A stretch of DNA of 64,000 nt from a virus (IMGVR_UViG_3300013947_000019:195864-259863), one strand, 5' to 3'. Shown: positions 31,386 to 41,680, numbered from the stretch's first letter. The notes: a model not told the origin generated them from the sequence alone. Numbers and translations: made by a program.

Positions 31386-31715
31386 TTAAGGCCTAGTCCA
31401 TCTATGAATCTCAGACTTGGCGGGCCACTTGCAACGAATGATAATATTCCGATCCTCAAGATGATGTTCATCATCAGATGGATCACGAATCATATCAATA
31501 ACAGGAGCATTCCACTCTTTTAAAGTAGTATATTGTGCAACGATATTGGCTAGGTCTATTGGACGGCAATCAACAAAATACCCAAGATATTTTCCTTCAA
31601 GGTCGGTTATAGTGACCAAAGGAATTCTCTTATGCGCATGCTGACGATTCATATGATCTACACGAAGAAGATTAAGCACCTCATGAAGAACCATACCATC
31701 ATTTGTAGTACCCAT
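31386..31715 (-). CDS. hypothetical protein
   Basis: ORF in small-gene cluster. Confidence 0.6.
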   Translation of the reverse strand: MGTTNDGMVLHEVLNLLRVDHMNRQHAHKRIPLVTITDLEGKYLGYFVDCRPIDLANIVAQYTTLKEWNAPVIDMIRDPSDDEHHLEDRNIIIRCKWPAKSEIHRWTRP

Positions 31716-31719
31716 AATC

Positions 31720-32088
31720 TTACACCTTTCTGAAATTATAAATTCTTTTAGTAATATTTACTTCATCAATACCAAGCTTAATAAGAATATTATGACCAAG
31801 CATAGTATTCATTTTATCCCAAGCATGAGATTCACCAAGCTTAAAGTTATGAAAGATAATATTACCAGGTTCACAGTCTCGACTACTTTCACATTTGAAC
31901 AGTTCACAAATAGAATGTTCCGCAAAAGAAATTACTGCAGTATTCTTTGGATCAAGATCATCTTCTCCTTCATAATGAAGCACGAAGGAATATCGAATTT
32001 CATCATTTTTGTTGCTTCTGGTAATAGTCGCTTTGATAGCATCAAATCGACTCAACCCATCATAGGTAAATTCACCGCATTTAAGCAT
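31720..32088 (-). CDS. hypothetical protein
   Basis: ORF with SD. Confidence 0.6.
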   Translation of the reverse strand: MLKCGEFTYDGLSRFDAIKATITRSNKNDEIRYSFVLHYEGEDDLDPKNTAVISFAEHSICELFKCESSRDCEPGNIIFHNFKLGESHAWDKMNTMLGHNILIKLGIDEVNITKRIYNFRKV

Positions 32089-32491
32089 GATTACTTTCTC
32101 CTATATAATGATTCCAGTCATCCAGATTAAAAAGCATCTGTAAACTATCATTATAGATGGGTTTACAAACATCTTCTGCTGGAGATTCATATTCTTTACG
32201 AATCCACGTGTATTCAGTCTTATCCTCAATGTAAGACTTCATCCAACGTAAATGAGACCGGAATTTTCTATATCCGGCCTCTGTAAAGAACGATATTGTA
32301 TTTCTCTTATTAGCCAGGAATATATCACTAGAAGGCGCAGGTAACTTATCTTCAAAGATAGCTACCCACTTTAAATAAATATACTCATCCCTATCCATAT
32401 CTATAAAAGATGTAGGATGTGAGAGAATACCTTCCGTTACATAGCTATCATCAAAAGGAATATTGCCTACTTCAAACCTTCTAAGTATCAT
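32081..32491 (-). CDS. hypothetical protein
   Basis: ORF with SD AAGGAG. Confidence 0.6.
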   Translation of the reverse strand: MILRRFEVGNIPFDDSYVTEGILSHPTSFIDMDRDEYIYLKWVAIFEDKLPAPSSDIFLANKRNTISFFTEAGYRKFRSHLRWMKSYIEDKTEYTWIRKEYESPAEDVCKPIYNDSLQMLFNLDDWNHYIGESNHA

Positions 32492-32502
32492 ATAAATCTC
32501 CT

Positions 32503-33012
32503 TTATTCTTCAGCTTCTAGAGGGAGCATGAGTCCTTGTGCAATACGGTCTTTCAACAAGAACATTGTTCTCCAGAAGGGTGCTACATTAAGCATACCTC
32601 CACCGACTTCAGCTCTACCAAGAAGAGCATAATAACCAGGAAGAGGATTACCATGCATATGTGCTTTCTTTTCAATATGCAGAGAAGAAGCCAATGGATG
32701 ACCAGCTCTTTTCAGTTCATCCAATGTACGTTTATAGATAGGATAACTATTTTTCCTGAAATTAGCTACTCGGTACAGATGAGACTTCTCATCATAGTCT
32801 CTGTCCTTGAGACTGATACTATTCTTAACACCTCTTGCCATAATCTTTTCATGATGATCTTTTGCTTTCTGTTTAGCCAATTCCATAGCATCTACCTCAT
32901 CTGTACTCTTTGAAGTACTGCAGCGTGTATTGATATTCTTAATCACTTCATCAAATACACTCTTCTCTTTCTCAGGACGATTCACACGAAACGTTCTCCC
33001 CTGAATACCCAT
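32503..33012 (-). CDS. hypothetical protein
   Basis: ORF with SD AAGGAGG. Confidence 0.65.
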   Translation of the reverse strand: MGIQGRTFRVNRPEKEKSVFDEVIKNINTRCSTSKSTDEVDAMELAKQKAKDHHEKIMARGVKNSISLKDRDYDEKSHLYRVANFRKNSYPIYKRTLDELKRAGHPLASSLHIEKKAHMHGNPLPGYYALLGRAEVGGGMLNVAPFWRTMFLLKDRIAQGLMLPLEAEE

Positions 33013-33182
33013 TGTTAATTTCCTCCTTTAGTAAATTTGTCCTTTGTAAAAATGTTTTCTAGCATATCATTTTTATAATATATACGTGAAAAATCCCCAC
33101 CCAAAAGAGGGTGGGGATTTGAAGTTTAGGTAATGATTATTTCCAAGTCAAGCACGAGAGATGAAGTACTTAACAGTTGGAA

Positions 33183-34856
33183 TTACACGCGCTTAATGAA
33201 GCGAGCGCCAGAATCCTTCATGATGGGCAGCTCGGTAATCGTGCAGACAGTGCTCACCGGCTCGAACACGACGGGCAGGTTACGCTCACTGTACACGATA
33301 GCGGGCATACGGGTGTTATCAGCACGACGCAGCTGATCGGTCAGGAAGGAGCTATACTTGAAGTAGTTATAGGTCTTAACCTGGCTGTTCTTGAAGTTGT
33401 TGGGAATCAGCAGGATCTGCAGCTTGTCATCGGGCATGAACTGAGAGCTGATGAAGTAGAAGGTAGCGGTGGAGGTCTTGCAGCCGATGCTGTAGTTGAT
33501 CACACCAGAACCCTTGGACTCCTCAGTCAGAGCCTTATCCATGGAATAATCGGTATCCAGGATACGCATGATGTAGGGAGAAACACCAACACGGAAGTGG
33601 CAGTCAGTGATGTTCCAATCGTTCTTCATCTTCATGGCGCACTGATCCAGGAAGGGAACGAACTCACGCTTCAGCCACTCCAGGTTGCCGTAAGCAAAGT
33701 TAGCAGGAGCCTCGAAGCTGAACTCAGCATCGAACTTATGACCGGCATCCAGACCCTTCTTCAGACGCTGATCCTCCATGCGAGAGCTGATCACAGTGAT
33801 GTTCTCGGTCATGGCAGCGATGATATCAGTGTTAGCAAAATGCTGAATGCTGTTGCTGATATCGGTACGAGTTTCCTGAGGCAGGCTGACCTCGATATGA
33901 GGACGAGTCGGGACCAGGAACTGCTGGAAGTTGTTCTTGAAAGCAGTGTAGATGGGGTGAGTATGCTCAGCATGAGAAACGGTAGCATAGAAGTACACCT
34001 TGGTGATCTCACTATCGGCATGCAGATAGGACAGCACGGAACGATCGAAATCGAACTTAGCATCCATATTCACGGTCTTCACGGTACCATCAGCCTTCTT
34101 GCACTCAAAGGAGCAAGCCAGAGTGTTGGTCTTACCATCGAAGTAAGGAGTAGCACCCTTGGACATGGTGATGTTCTTCTCCTCGATGACCTCACCATCA
34201 ACAGTAGCCTCGATCTTGGCAACACGGACATCACGGTTCACACGGAACAGGGGGTTCGTGCCAGTGGTAAAGACAGCCAGGTTCTGGCAACCAGCACCAG
34301 GAACCAGACCATTGGTCAGGGTCTCAACCTCGATCTCAGTCTTGTCGACGAAGGGGATCTCAGCATTGGGGGACAGAGCATCGATCAGATCTTCCTCGTG
34401 CTCATCGGAAGGAGCCTTAACGGTAGGAATGACCTCTTCGATCTCAACGATCTGCTTCTCCAGAGTGCGGGTGTCATACAGACGATGCAGGACAGCCTCA
34501 TAAGGAGTACGCATGGTGGTAGCAATAGAAGCAGTCAGGGTAACCAGGCTGGGCATAACAGCGGACTCGTTCATGGAACCGCTATTCCACTCGTTCATGT
34601 TGTTCATGAACATCTGAGCAGCGGACTCAGCGTCCTCCTGCAGCATGGTATCGAACTGCTGATCACCGAACAGCTTGGAATAATGCTCATTCATGGTACG
34701 AGCGATCATATCAGCAGTGTTCTTGATCTCCATGGGGCTCATCTGAACACCACTAACACTCTCATTGCAAATGGCATCGGTGCCACTCTGCAGACTAGCA
34801 ACAATATCTCTAATGTCGTGGCTCTTATCATTCATGCCACCAAACAGCTTGGACAT
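33183..34856 (-). CDS. major capsid protein precursor
   Basis: 557 aa, strongest codon bias in the window (long antisense ORF); N-terminal propeptide with CNES/MNES sites; among head genes. Confidence 0.75.
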   Translation of the reverse strand: MSKLFGGMNDKSHDIRDIVASLQSGTDAICNESVSGVQMSPMEIKNTADMIARTMNEHYSKLFGDQQFDTMLQEDAESAAQMFMNNMNEWNSGSMNESAVMPSLVTLTASIATTMRTPYEAVLHRLYDTRTLEKQIVEIEEVIPTVKAPSDEHEEDLIDALSPNAEIPFVDKTEIEVETLTNGLVPGAGCQNLAVFTTGTNPLFRVNRDVRVAKIEATVDGEVIEEKNITMSKGATPYFDGKTNTLACSFECKKADGTVKTVNMDAKFDFDRSVLSYLHADSEITKVYFYATVSHAEHTHPIYTAFKNNFQQFLVPTRPHIEVSLPQETRTDISNSIQHFANTDIIAAMTENITVISSRMEDQRLKKGLDAGHKFDAEFSFEAPANFAYGNLEWLKREFVPFLDQCAMKMKNDWNITDCHFRVGVSPYIMRILDTDYSMDKALTEESKGSGVINYSIGCKTSTATFYFISSQFMPDDKLQILLIPNNFKNSQVKTYNYFKYSSFLTDQLRRADNTRMPAIVYSERNLPVVFEPVSTVCTITELPIMKDSGARFIKRV

Positions 34857-35022
34857 ATTGTGTGCCTCCTTTCAAATATAAAAATTTTTGTTTTTGAAAA
34901 TACGAATGTTATATATGCTACTCGTCCAGGTAGCTATGAGAACTTGTTAATAGTTACACGCATTCTACTAACAAAAACCTCATTATAAAGATGTTGGTAT
35001 TTCTTTTTTAAAAATGATGGGT

Positions 35023-35886
35023 TTAGGAGAAATCGGGTTCCAAATCTTCATCGGAAAGATCATCCTCCGTATCCTCACTCTCTTCTTCCTGATCCTCAAT
35101 AGATTTCTCCACATCGATCTTGTCATCATCCTTCTCTTTAGGTTTCTTGGATGACTTTTTAGAGGAAGAAGATTTATTGGGTTCATTCTTAAATCCGTCT
35201 TTATTTTCTTTGGTGAAGTTCAACAGATCATTCAACTGCTTTGTGAAGATTAAATACGCTTGCAGATTCTCTTCATAGTTACTATAAGAGAATTTATATG
35301 TCAGATAATCAGTCACAACACTAAGTAAATAATCAAGTTTATTATTTACATAGTCACGAACAGAAGCATCCACTACAGCTTCATTCTGATCAATCAGATT
35401 TTTAGCTGATGTAACAGAAGCTCGTAAATCTTTATAATCATTATAAAGCTTACGCTTAGCCATCAGTCGATCCAACTTAGAGAGCTCCAGAATATTGATG
35501 TGGACATTCTGCTCAACACCGTCAGTATCATCCATCCCATCATCATCAGGATCCGGTAATCCATCAGGATTCTCTCCAGAATCATCAGAACCGCCATCAG
35601 GATCCATATTAAAATCATCATCAGCAGAATCATTGGCATCATCCTTATTCTGATCAGATTCATCTTTCTTCTCATCCGAGTTATTCTCGTCATCCTTGTT
35701 GGGCTCATCATTGTTTTGATCATCATCCTTCGGAGTTTCATCATTGTTATCCTCCGGGGCATTATTATCATCAGCTTCTGGTTCAGGAGTATTGGTGGAA
35801 TCATCATCCGCAAACGGATCTTCCATACCAGTATCCTTATCTTTAGTGGCTTCTAACAGAGCCATTAACTGATAGTTATTCAACAT
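35023..35886 (-). CDS. acidic head/scaffold-like protein
   Basis: Long D/N/E-rich disordered segment, LLEA site, upstream of MCP. Confidence 0.5.
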   Translation of the reverse strand: MLNNYQLMALLEATKDKDTGMEDPFADDDSTNTPEPEADDNNAPEDNNDETPKDDDQNNDEPNKDDENNSDEKKDESDQNKDDANDSADDDFNMDPDGGSDDSGENPDGLPDPDDDGMDDTDGVEQNVHINILELSKLDRLMAKRKLYNDYKDLRASVTSAKNLIDQNEAVVDASVRDYVNNKLDYLLSVVTDYLTYKFSYSNYEENLQAYLIFTKQLNDLLNFTKENKDGFKNEPNKSSSSKKSSKKPKEKDDDKIDVEKSIEDQEEESEDTEDDLSDEDLEPDFS

Positions 35887-35889
35887 GGA

Positions 35890-37077
35890 TCAATCGACCC
35901 CCAATCTATTTTGACTTCTGGAACCTTCATACGGAAGTTTCGTAATACGTCTGTATTCACGTTGGATCTTCTGACGAAGACGAATCAGTTCAATCTTAGC
36001 TTTATCATCACCATTACGTTCAGCAATAGAAATCTTCTCTTCGATGATTTCTAACTCATCCTTCAGCTGACCAACCAGAATATTTCTATCTTTCTTATCG
36101 GTCTCACGATCAATAACAATAGAAACGATATAGGTAATAACAGCAGCTGCAGGACCAATGTTGGGAATAATATACAGAAGACCAGAACGGAGCAGACGCT
36201 TGATTTCATGATTAATACGAAGAGCTTCACCAACCATCTCAGCATGCTTACGATTTCGACGCTGATTACGAAGATCATTTACCTTCTTAGTAATCTTCTC
36301 TTCGAACCAATTCTCTGCTTTCTTACGAGCAAAGTTTGCTTCTTTAGCTTTCTCTACTGCCTTATTGACAATACCTTCATTAAGAGCTTCTCCAGCAGTG
36401 GCTTCAGATAAGAACTTCTGAGTCATCTCACTAATCTGCTCTTCTGCATGGAACATGTCATCAATAATAGACTGAGCATCTTCAGGAAGAGTACGTACTT
36501 CATAGATATACTCAATATCATCTGCATTATGAGTAGATTGAATCTCACGTTTGGTCAGACTATTCATATAAAAATAATAACTCTGAAGAGTAGATAGTAC
36601 AGTCATGACAAACTTGGTAGAATCTACCTGAGAGGTCTGTGCTTCAATACTATATTTAATAGAACCGAAACGAACAATCAGATTATCTAAGAATGCTTTT
36701 ACATTAGAAATATACTGAAGACGATTCACCTTCATGGTAGAAAGTTCAGAGTCCACCATATTCATAATTGTTTTAAACATTCCTTCATATACGCCGGGTT
36801 TATAAATACCCATATAAAGTGTCAGATTATTTACAAATTTTGGATCGTTCCAAAGAATATTGTAAACCTGAATAAAATTCTCTACTTTAATATCATCAAT
36901 CTTAACCTGATTCATAAAGAACCCAGAGAAGAAAAGAAAACATGCGTCCTCTGATTTAAACTTTGTCAGGGCGCAGGTATTTAAGGCTTTCTTATAATCA
37001 GCAACCAGAGGTGCTGGATCAAATACAACAGTCTTCGCAACAGCCTCTTGCAAGAAATAGTTATTCTTATTCAACAA
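35890..37077 (-). CDS. putative head protein
   Basis: TTG start with SD GGAGGT; LQEA/LSEA/LNEG sites; late-type promoter 37105-37117. Confidence 0.55.
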   Translation of the reverse strand: MLNKNNYFLQEAVAKTVVFDPAPLVADYKKALNTCALTKFKSEDACFLFFSGFFMNQVKIDDIKVENFIQVYNILWNDPKFVNNLTLYMGIYKPGVYEGMFKTIMNMVDSELSTMKVNRLQYISNVKAFLDNLIVRFGSIKYSIEAQTSQVDSTKFVMTVLSTLQSYYFYMNSLTKREIQSTHNADDIEYIYEVRTLPEDAQSIIDDMFHAEEQISEMTQKFLSEATAGEALNEGIVNKAVEKAKEANFARKKAENWFEEKITKKVNDLRNQRRNRKHAEMVGEALRINHEIKRLLRSGLLYIIPNIGPAAAVITYIVSIVIDRETDKKDRNILVGQLKDELEIIEEKISIAERNGDDKAKIELIRLRQKIQREYRRITKLPYEGSRSQNRLGVD

Positions 37078-37170
37078 GGCTATTCACCTCCTATTATATA
37101 CTCTTTATAGATTTGTCAAACTTATAATTGAGTAATATAAGAAAAAGAAAAATATAAAATAATAGTGGGT

Positions 37171-37198
37171 TGGGAGGGGCTCCGAAGAACCCCTCCCA
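37171..37198 (-). terminator. terminator closing the RAMP + array transcript
   Basis: TGGGAGGGG...CCCCTCCCA hairpin, A-rich flank at 37140-37163 (U tract on minus strand). Confidence 0.65.
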
Positions 37199-37209
37199 CT
37201 GTGATAGTG

Positions 37210-37684
37210 GTTGCCGTTACTAATCGAGACAGAACTGTCCATTGCCGATGGTTGACTGATCGCTTCTGCGCATTACCGTGCTTTTACCGTACACATTGTG
37301 ACCATACCATACCGTCACAAGATCGGACATATCTGCACTCCACCAAGGCGATGCGATACTATTCTGTACAGTACCTCTGCAGGATCGAGCATCACTTTAG
37401 CTTACCTCGACACTACATCTCTCAACCGTACCAAGCCATTACCAGACCAGACCACGCGGCACAGTACTTCATGGCACCACACCATGACTGGACCAGACCA
37501 AATGGCACTGGACGTCACTTCACCTCGACCTGACCAAACGGAACTGTACCATTACACCACAAAACCGAATGGTACAATACATTACCAAGGCTCTACAATA
37601 CGTGTCCTGACCCTACGTTACCATAACACTACCCTACCGAACCTGACTTTACCGTCACTGCACAAAATGGCACCATACCATTAC
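37210..37684 (-). repeat. pentamer-periodic non-coding array (14 units of 31/36/41 nt); candidate guide-RNA array
   Basis: Hexamer punctuation (e.g. ATTACC on +) at 37210, 37241, 37272, 37308, 37339, 37370, 37401, 37437, 37478, 37519, 37550, 37581, 37617, 37648 and 37679, separated by 5-7 NNNAC pentamers. Confidence 0.85.
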
Positions 37685-37730
37685 TTTAATCGGATTATTT
37701 TATATCAGCCGACTCTGATATTTAGTATGG

Positions 37731-38660
37731 TTACTTAACGCGGGAACGAGTGGAGCTGATATCACTATTGCCAACATACTCAGCCTGCTCATTCTTCTCA
37801 TTCTCCAGTGCAAACTGATAGTTGGCCTCCCACTCCTTCTGAAGCATCTCCAGCTTCTTCGGGCTCAGGTTACCCGCAACGGGTGTACCATTCTCATCCA
37901 GGATCTGATACATAAACCGACCATAACCGGCGTTTCTCCACTGAAGCAGGCCGACGTAGTAGCCATAGTTCAGCCACTCCACCAGCAGATCCAGATACTT
38001 ATCATTGGGGAAGCTCACAGTAATATCAAAGTGAGCGCCAGCCATGATCTGCTCAGAATTGGCCAGAGCAACACGCGGGCCCTGTGCAGTCTCAGCACGG
38101 AGCGGGCGCTGCAGAGAATGGAACCGATTGTCCGGGCCCCATTCGATCTCAGCATACTTGTCAATGATATTGACATCCTGATCGATACGGGACAGATATG
38201 CAGTCATCGCAGAAGACTTGGAGTCGCTGCGATTGCGGCAGGCCTTGGCAGCGGCTTTAAAGAAACCTTTCATCTGATAACCCATCATCACAGGCTCACC
38301 AGTGATCGGATTGCGCGGGAACACGGTCATTGCCTTCAGTTCTTCAGTGGGAACACCATCAGGATTCTCGGGAACAAAGGTCAGCTCCTGTTCCACATCC
38401 ATGGAAGTCTCAGTACGCACGACCTTCTTTTTACCATAACTGTTGCTGATGAAGTCACTCACCAGCTGCTTATTGTTGGACCAGGTACCGAGGATATCGG
38501 TGATGAAGTAGATACGAACCCGCATCTGATTCATCATGAACTCTTCATCTTCCAGGAAGTGAGGGTTCTTGGGAACCATGAACTTACCACCCATAGTGGA
38601 GTTACCAAGCTTCTCGCTCTTCACAGCGATCTTTTCCTCAGCTGTCTTCTTAGTAGCCAT
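37731..38660 (-). CDS. stand-alone RAMP / Cas7-like RNA-binding protein
   Basis: N-terminal strand VRIYFITDILGT, GEPVMMGYQMKGFFK helix, RVALANSEQI, Gly-rich loop GYYVGLLQWRNAGYGRF. Confidence 0.75.
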   Translation of the reverse strand: MATKKTAEEKIAVKSEKLGNSTMGGKFMVPKNPHFLEDEEFMMNQMRVRIYFITDILGTWSNNKQLVSDFISNSYGKKKVVRTETSMDVEQELTFVPENPDGVPTEELKAMTVFPRNPITGEPVMMGYQMKGFFKAAAKACRNRSDSKSSAMTAYLSRIDQDVNIIDKYAEIEWGPDNRFHSLQRPLRAETAQGPRVALANSEQIMAGAHFDITVSFPNDKYLDLLVEWLNYGYYVGLLQWRNAGYGRFMYQILDENGTPVAGNLSPKKLEMLQKEWEANYQFALENEKNEQAEYVGNSDISSTRSRVK

Positions 38661-38726
38661 TTTAAAGTCCTCCTAAATATTTATTAATTTATTTATTTTG
38701 ATAGGTATGCTACTTTCCTATCATTC

Positions 38727-38740
38727 TTATAGTATATATC
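38727..38740 (-). promoter_or_regulatory. early-type promoter for the RAMP gene (GATATATACTATAA)
   Basis: Motif match ~70 nt upstream of ATG, downstream of terminator 38765-38790. Confidence 0.6.
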
Positions 38741-38798
38741 TCTATATACATATAAAATCAGAAAACCCCAGGGATTTTACTCCCTGGGGAATTTTTTA

Positions 38799-40064
38799 TT
38801 AGAACTCGATCTTGAGTTCCGTCAGACCAAGAGTATCGATATATTTCTCGATCTTCGCAAGGATCTCATTCTTAGTACCCTTGATATGGGCACTACCATG
38901 AACATCAAACATAACAGCATTCAGTTCAGAAAGACCATTAAGTTTGAAGCTCTCCAAAAGAGCCATTTGGATCTTCGCAGAAGGAGAATATGTATCTTCA
39001 TGAACTTCTTCCACAGGAGCAGATTCCTGAACAGGATCTTCTACCTTTTCGATATATCCGAAAAGCTCATGCATGGGCTTTTCACCATATCGACTGCCGA
39101 GAATATTGCAGATCTCCTTCCGATAAGGTTCCGGAATATTGTCAATATCAATTGCCAATACAGCAACTTCCGGATTCTTGAATCCATCAGGAACTTTACC
39201 TTCCTGATAGAACTTGATTCGAAGAGTGTAATTCTCTTCATCAAGATATGCAGTCTTAATGCCATTCTTGGTAAGCTCTTCCTGGAACAAAAGAGCCTTA
39301 CGCGGTTGACCAAGATACCACTCTACGAACTTAGCGCGGTTCATGATCAGATGTGTCTTGGTGGGATTTGTGTGCAGGTCTCGTGTAGACCTATAATTAA
39401 TATGATTCAGGATAATTGCGGTATCTTTCTGAACCATATTATAGTTGCGAACAATATGCGCTTTATTCAAAGCAACATACCTGGCAAGCGCCTTATAGAA
39501 CTTATTGGGAGTCGCCTGCTCCTTCTGTGCATCGGTAAGCTTAACTCTTATATTCGGCGTTTTCATTTCAGCCTCCTTAATGATATTGGGGTCTTCTGTC
39601 TTCTTGGTATCTGGAATCTGGTCGAGAATCCATTTCTGGAAACTTTTATCTGCTTTTTCAGGATCATTGATCCATCTCAAAGGACGATTGATCCTAAGTT
39701 TGCTGAATTCTTTTTGAATATCAGCTGCAGTGATGTTTCCTTCAAGAAGGTTGAACATATCTGCAATGCTATTATGATATCCACCAATATCATATAAATA
39801 CTGCAGATATGTAGCTTGATATTTTTCATCAAGCTTTTTATAATCACCCCAAGTCATCATCTTTTTGAGGTTTACACTGAACACCTCAGAACACTTCGCT
39901 TCCCACTCTTTCTTAGTGAGATTATCAGAAGGAAGCTTACATGTTCTACCTCCACCTTTCTTTCGGGCATGATCCCCTCTGCCAATACGCTTTCTTTCGG
40001 CACAGTCAGCTTTAAACTCCTTCTCAAAATTGATAGTGCCTAATTTAGCTGCAGCATTACCCAT
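38799..40064 (-). CDS. hypothetical protein
   Basis: 421 aa, SD AAAGGA. Confidence 0.75.
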   Translation of the reverse strand: MGNAAAKLGTINFEKEFKADCAERKRIGRGDHARKKGGGRTCKLPSDNLTKKEWEAKCSEVFSVNLKKMMTWGDYKKLDEKYQATYLQYLYDIGGYHNSIADMFNLLEGNITAADIQKEFSKLRINRPLRWINDPEKADKSFQKWILDQIPDTKKTEDPNIIKEAEMKTPNIRVKLTDAQKEQATPNKFYKALARYVALNKAHIVRNYNMVQKDTAIILNHINYRSTRDLHTNPTKTHLIMNRAKFVEWYLGQPRKALLFQEELTKNGIKTAYLDEENYTLRIKFYQEGKVPDGFKNPEVAVLAIDIDNIPEPYRKEICNILGSRYGEKPMHELFGYIEKVEDPVQESAPVEEVHEDTYSPSAKIQMALLESFKLNGLSELNAVMFDVHGSAHIKGTKNEILAKIEKYIDTLGLTELKIEF

Positions 40065-40115
40065 AGTTCATTCCTTTCTGAGGTCTTATCTTTTGTGCCT
40101 CTTTGAAGTATATTT

Positions 40116-40595
40116 TTATTTCAGAAGGTCTTCCAGTGTCTTCTGGTTATTCTTGATCTTCTGATCAATCTGATCATTATCGAACGAGTCAGATTGAGTC
40201 ATCTTTTCGAGCTGCTCCTGAAGCTCTGCCATACGTGCCTTATGATTACGCTCGAACTGTTCACGAGCCGTAATCACATCATTCATGGCGGACTTGAATG
40301 ATTCATTGAACTTCTTCTTCAACCGACTATTCAACTCAGCAAGATTTTCTTCCTGCTGATGTTCGAGCTTCTTATAATAATACACCCGAACAACAGGAGC
40401 TACTTCAGGATCAGTGAAATAGTTCCGAACCGGAGTCTGACACTCCGGACAGTTGGAAGAGATATGATCAAAAGACAGATCATACTCTTCATACTGATGA
40501 TCCAGGTCAACCTTGAACTGGCACTGACATACGGGGCAGGTGAATGTAGTATACTTCTTGAGATGATTCATATCACCATTCTTGATGATTTCCAT
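40116..40595 (-). CDS. zinc-ribbon + coiled-coil protein
   Basis: CPVC...CPEC. Confidence 0.7.
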   Translation of the reverse strand: MEIIKNGDMNHLKKYTTFTCPVCQCQFKVDLDHQYEEYDLSFDHISSNCPECQTPVRNYFTDPEVAPVVRVYYYKKLEHQQEENLAELNSRLKKKFNESFKSAMNDVITAREQFERNHKARMAELQEQLEKMTQSDSFDNDQIDQKIKNNQKTLEDLLK

Positions 40596-40610
40596 AATAT
40601 TGACTCCTTT

Positions 40611-41105
40611 TTAATTGATTATTTTTCTTTCGGATAGAAGCTGAAGTCTGCAACGCTCAATCAGAGCATTGACAAACTCTTTGCTTGGAACAGCAATGTC
40701 TGAAATATTCAGATTCTCAAAGAAAGAATCATCCATCCTTTCAAAGATAATCCTGTAAGTAAACTGATGAATCATATTACCAGTTCTCCAATTCACGATT
40801 ACTCGATCATGATTACGGATCTGATACCAGATCCTTTCAGTTTCAGTAAGATATCTGCATTTGCCGCTTGCGGTAGATAGGTAATACAAAGCGGCGAGAA
40901 AATTGGTAATTTCCACATTGCTGATATATTTTTCAGCATTGACGAGTTTCTCCATAGCAGGAGAAACTTTCTTCTGATAGAAATCCTTACTACGGGAAGC
41001 AGTGGTATAAAGCCACGTTGCAGTACTATTGATTGCAGTATTGTATGCAATCTTAAACAGATCAGTATTTGTGACCTGAACACTTAATGTTTTTGCATTT
41101 TTCAT
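40611..41105 (-). CDS. hypothetical protein
   Basis: ORF in early cluster. Confidence 0.65.
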   Translation of the reverse strand: MKNAKTLSVQVTNTDLFKIAYNTAINSTATWLYTTASRSKDFYQKKVSPAMEKLVNAEKYISNVEITNFLAALYYLSTASGKCRYLTETERIWYQIRNHDRVIVNWRTGNMIHQFTYRIIFERMDDSFFENLNISDIAVPSKEFVNALIERCRLQLLSERKIIN

Positions 41106-41680
41106 TAATATCCTTCTTTCTCGATTTGCTTAAAATACTTGGAATCTTCCATCAGAAGTTCCTCACGAGTTTTAAGCTTATAGTTTTTGGGATCCGGAAT
41201 AATTTTTAAAGCATTGATATCATAATCACACGGTGTGATATAATTGATATCAAGATAGATGGTTCTTCTGCACCGCCTATCAGGATAGACTAATATGATA
41301 TTACCAACTTTATAATCGGCATGTCCCATAATAAGTTTGAATCCTACAATACGATAATTCATTTCAGATTCTCTCATGTATCCATTATTTTGAATGAATA
41401 CATATTCTCTCATTTCAGGGATATTCCTGATCCGATTGAACAACCTTGCATATGCAAAGTCGATAGGAGTAAGTTCAGTTACATCAGTGATACGCTTAAT
41501 AAACTCGTTATAACCAAATGAATTAAGCATATTCACTGCAGCTGTATAATACGCGCTAATCCAATCAGCTTTAGATTGATAATCTTTTCTTTTGGGAAGA
41601 TTATCACGGATCATTCTATATCTTGTATACAGATCAGCATATTCCTTGCGCTGTTCTTCCATGAATTTAGTATAAGTCAT
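41105..41680 (-). CDS. hypothetical protein
   Basis: ORF in early cluster. Confidence 0.65.
   Translation of the reverse strand: MTYTKFMEEQRKEYADLYTRYRMIRDNLPKRKDYQSKADWISAYYTAAVNMLNSFGYNEFIKRITDVTELTPIDFAYARLFNRIRNIPEMREYVFIQNNGYMRESEMNYRIVGFKLIMGHADYKVGNIILVYPDRRCRRTIYLDINYITPCDYDINALKIIPDPKNYKLKTREELLMEDSKYFKQIEKEGY

Noticed and set aside
37210-37684. Canonical CRISPR array
   Set aside because: No identical 23-47-nt direct repeats with unique spacers, and no cas1/cas2; conservation is interleaved at 5-nt scale.
37165-37738. ORFs 37165-37533 and 37298-37738 (+) over the array
   Set aside because: No SD, antisense to the local transcription unit, and their T/R/P/H-rich translation is the by-product of a 5-nt (non-triplet) periodicity.
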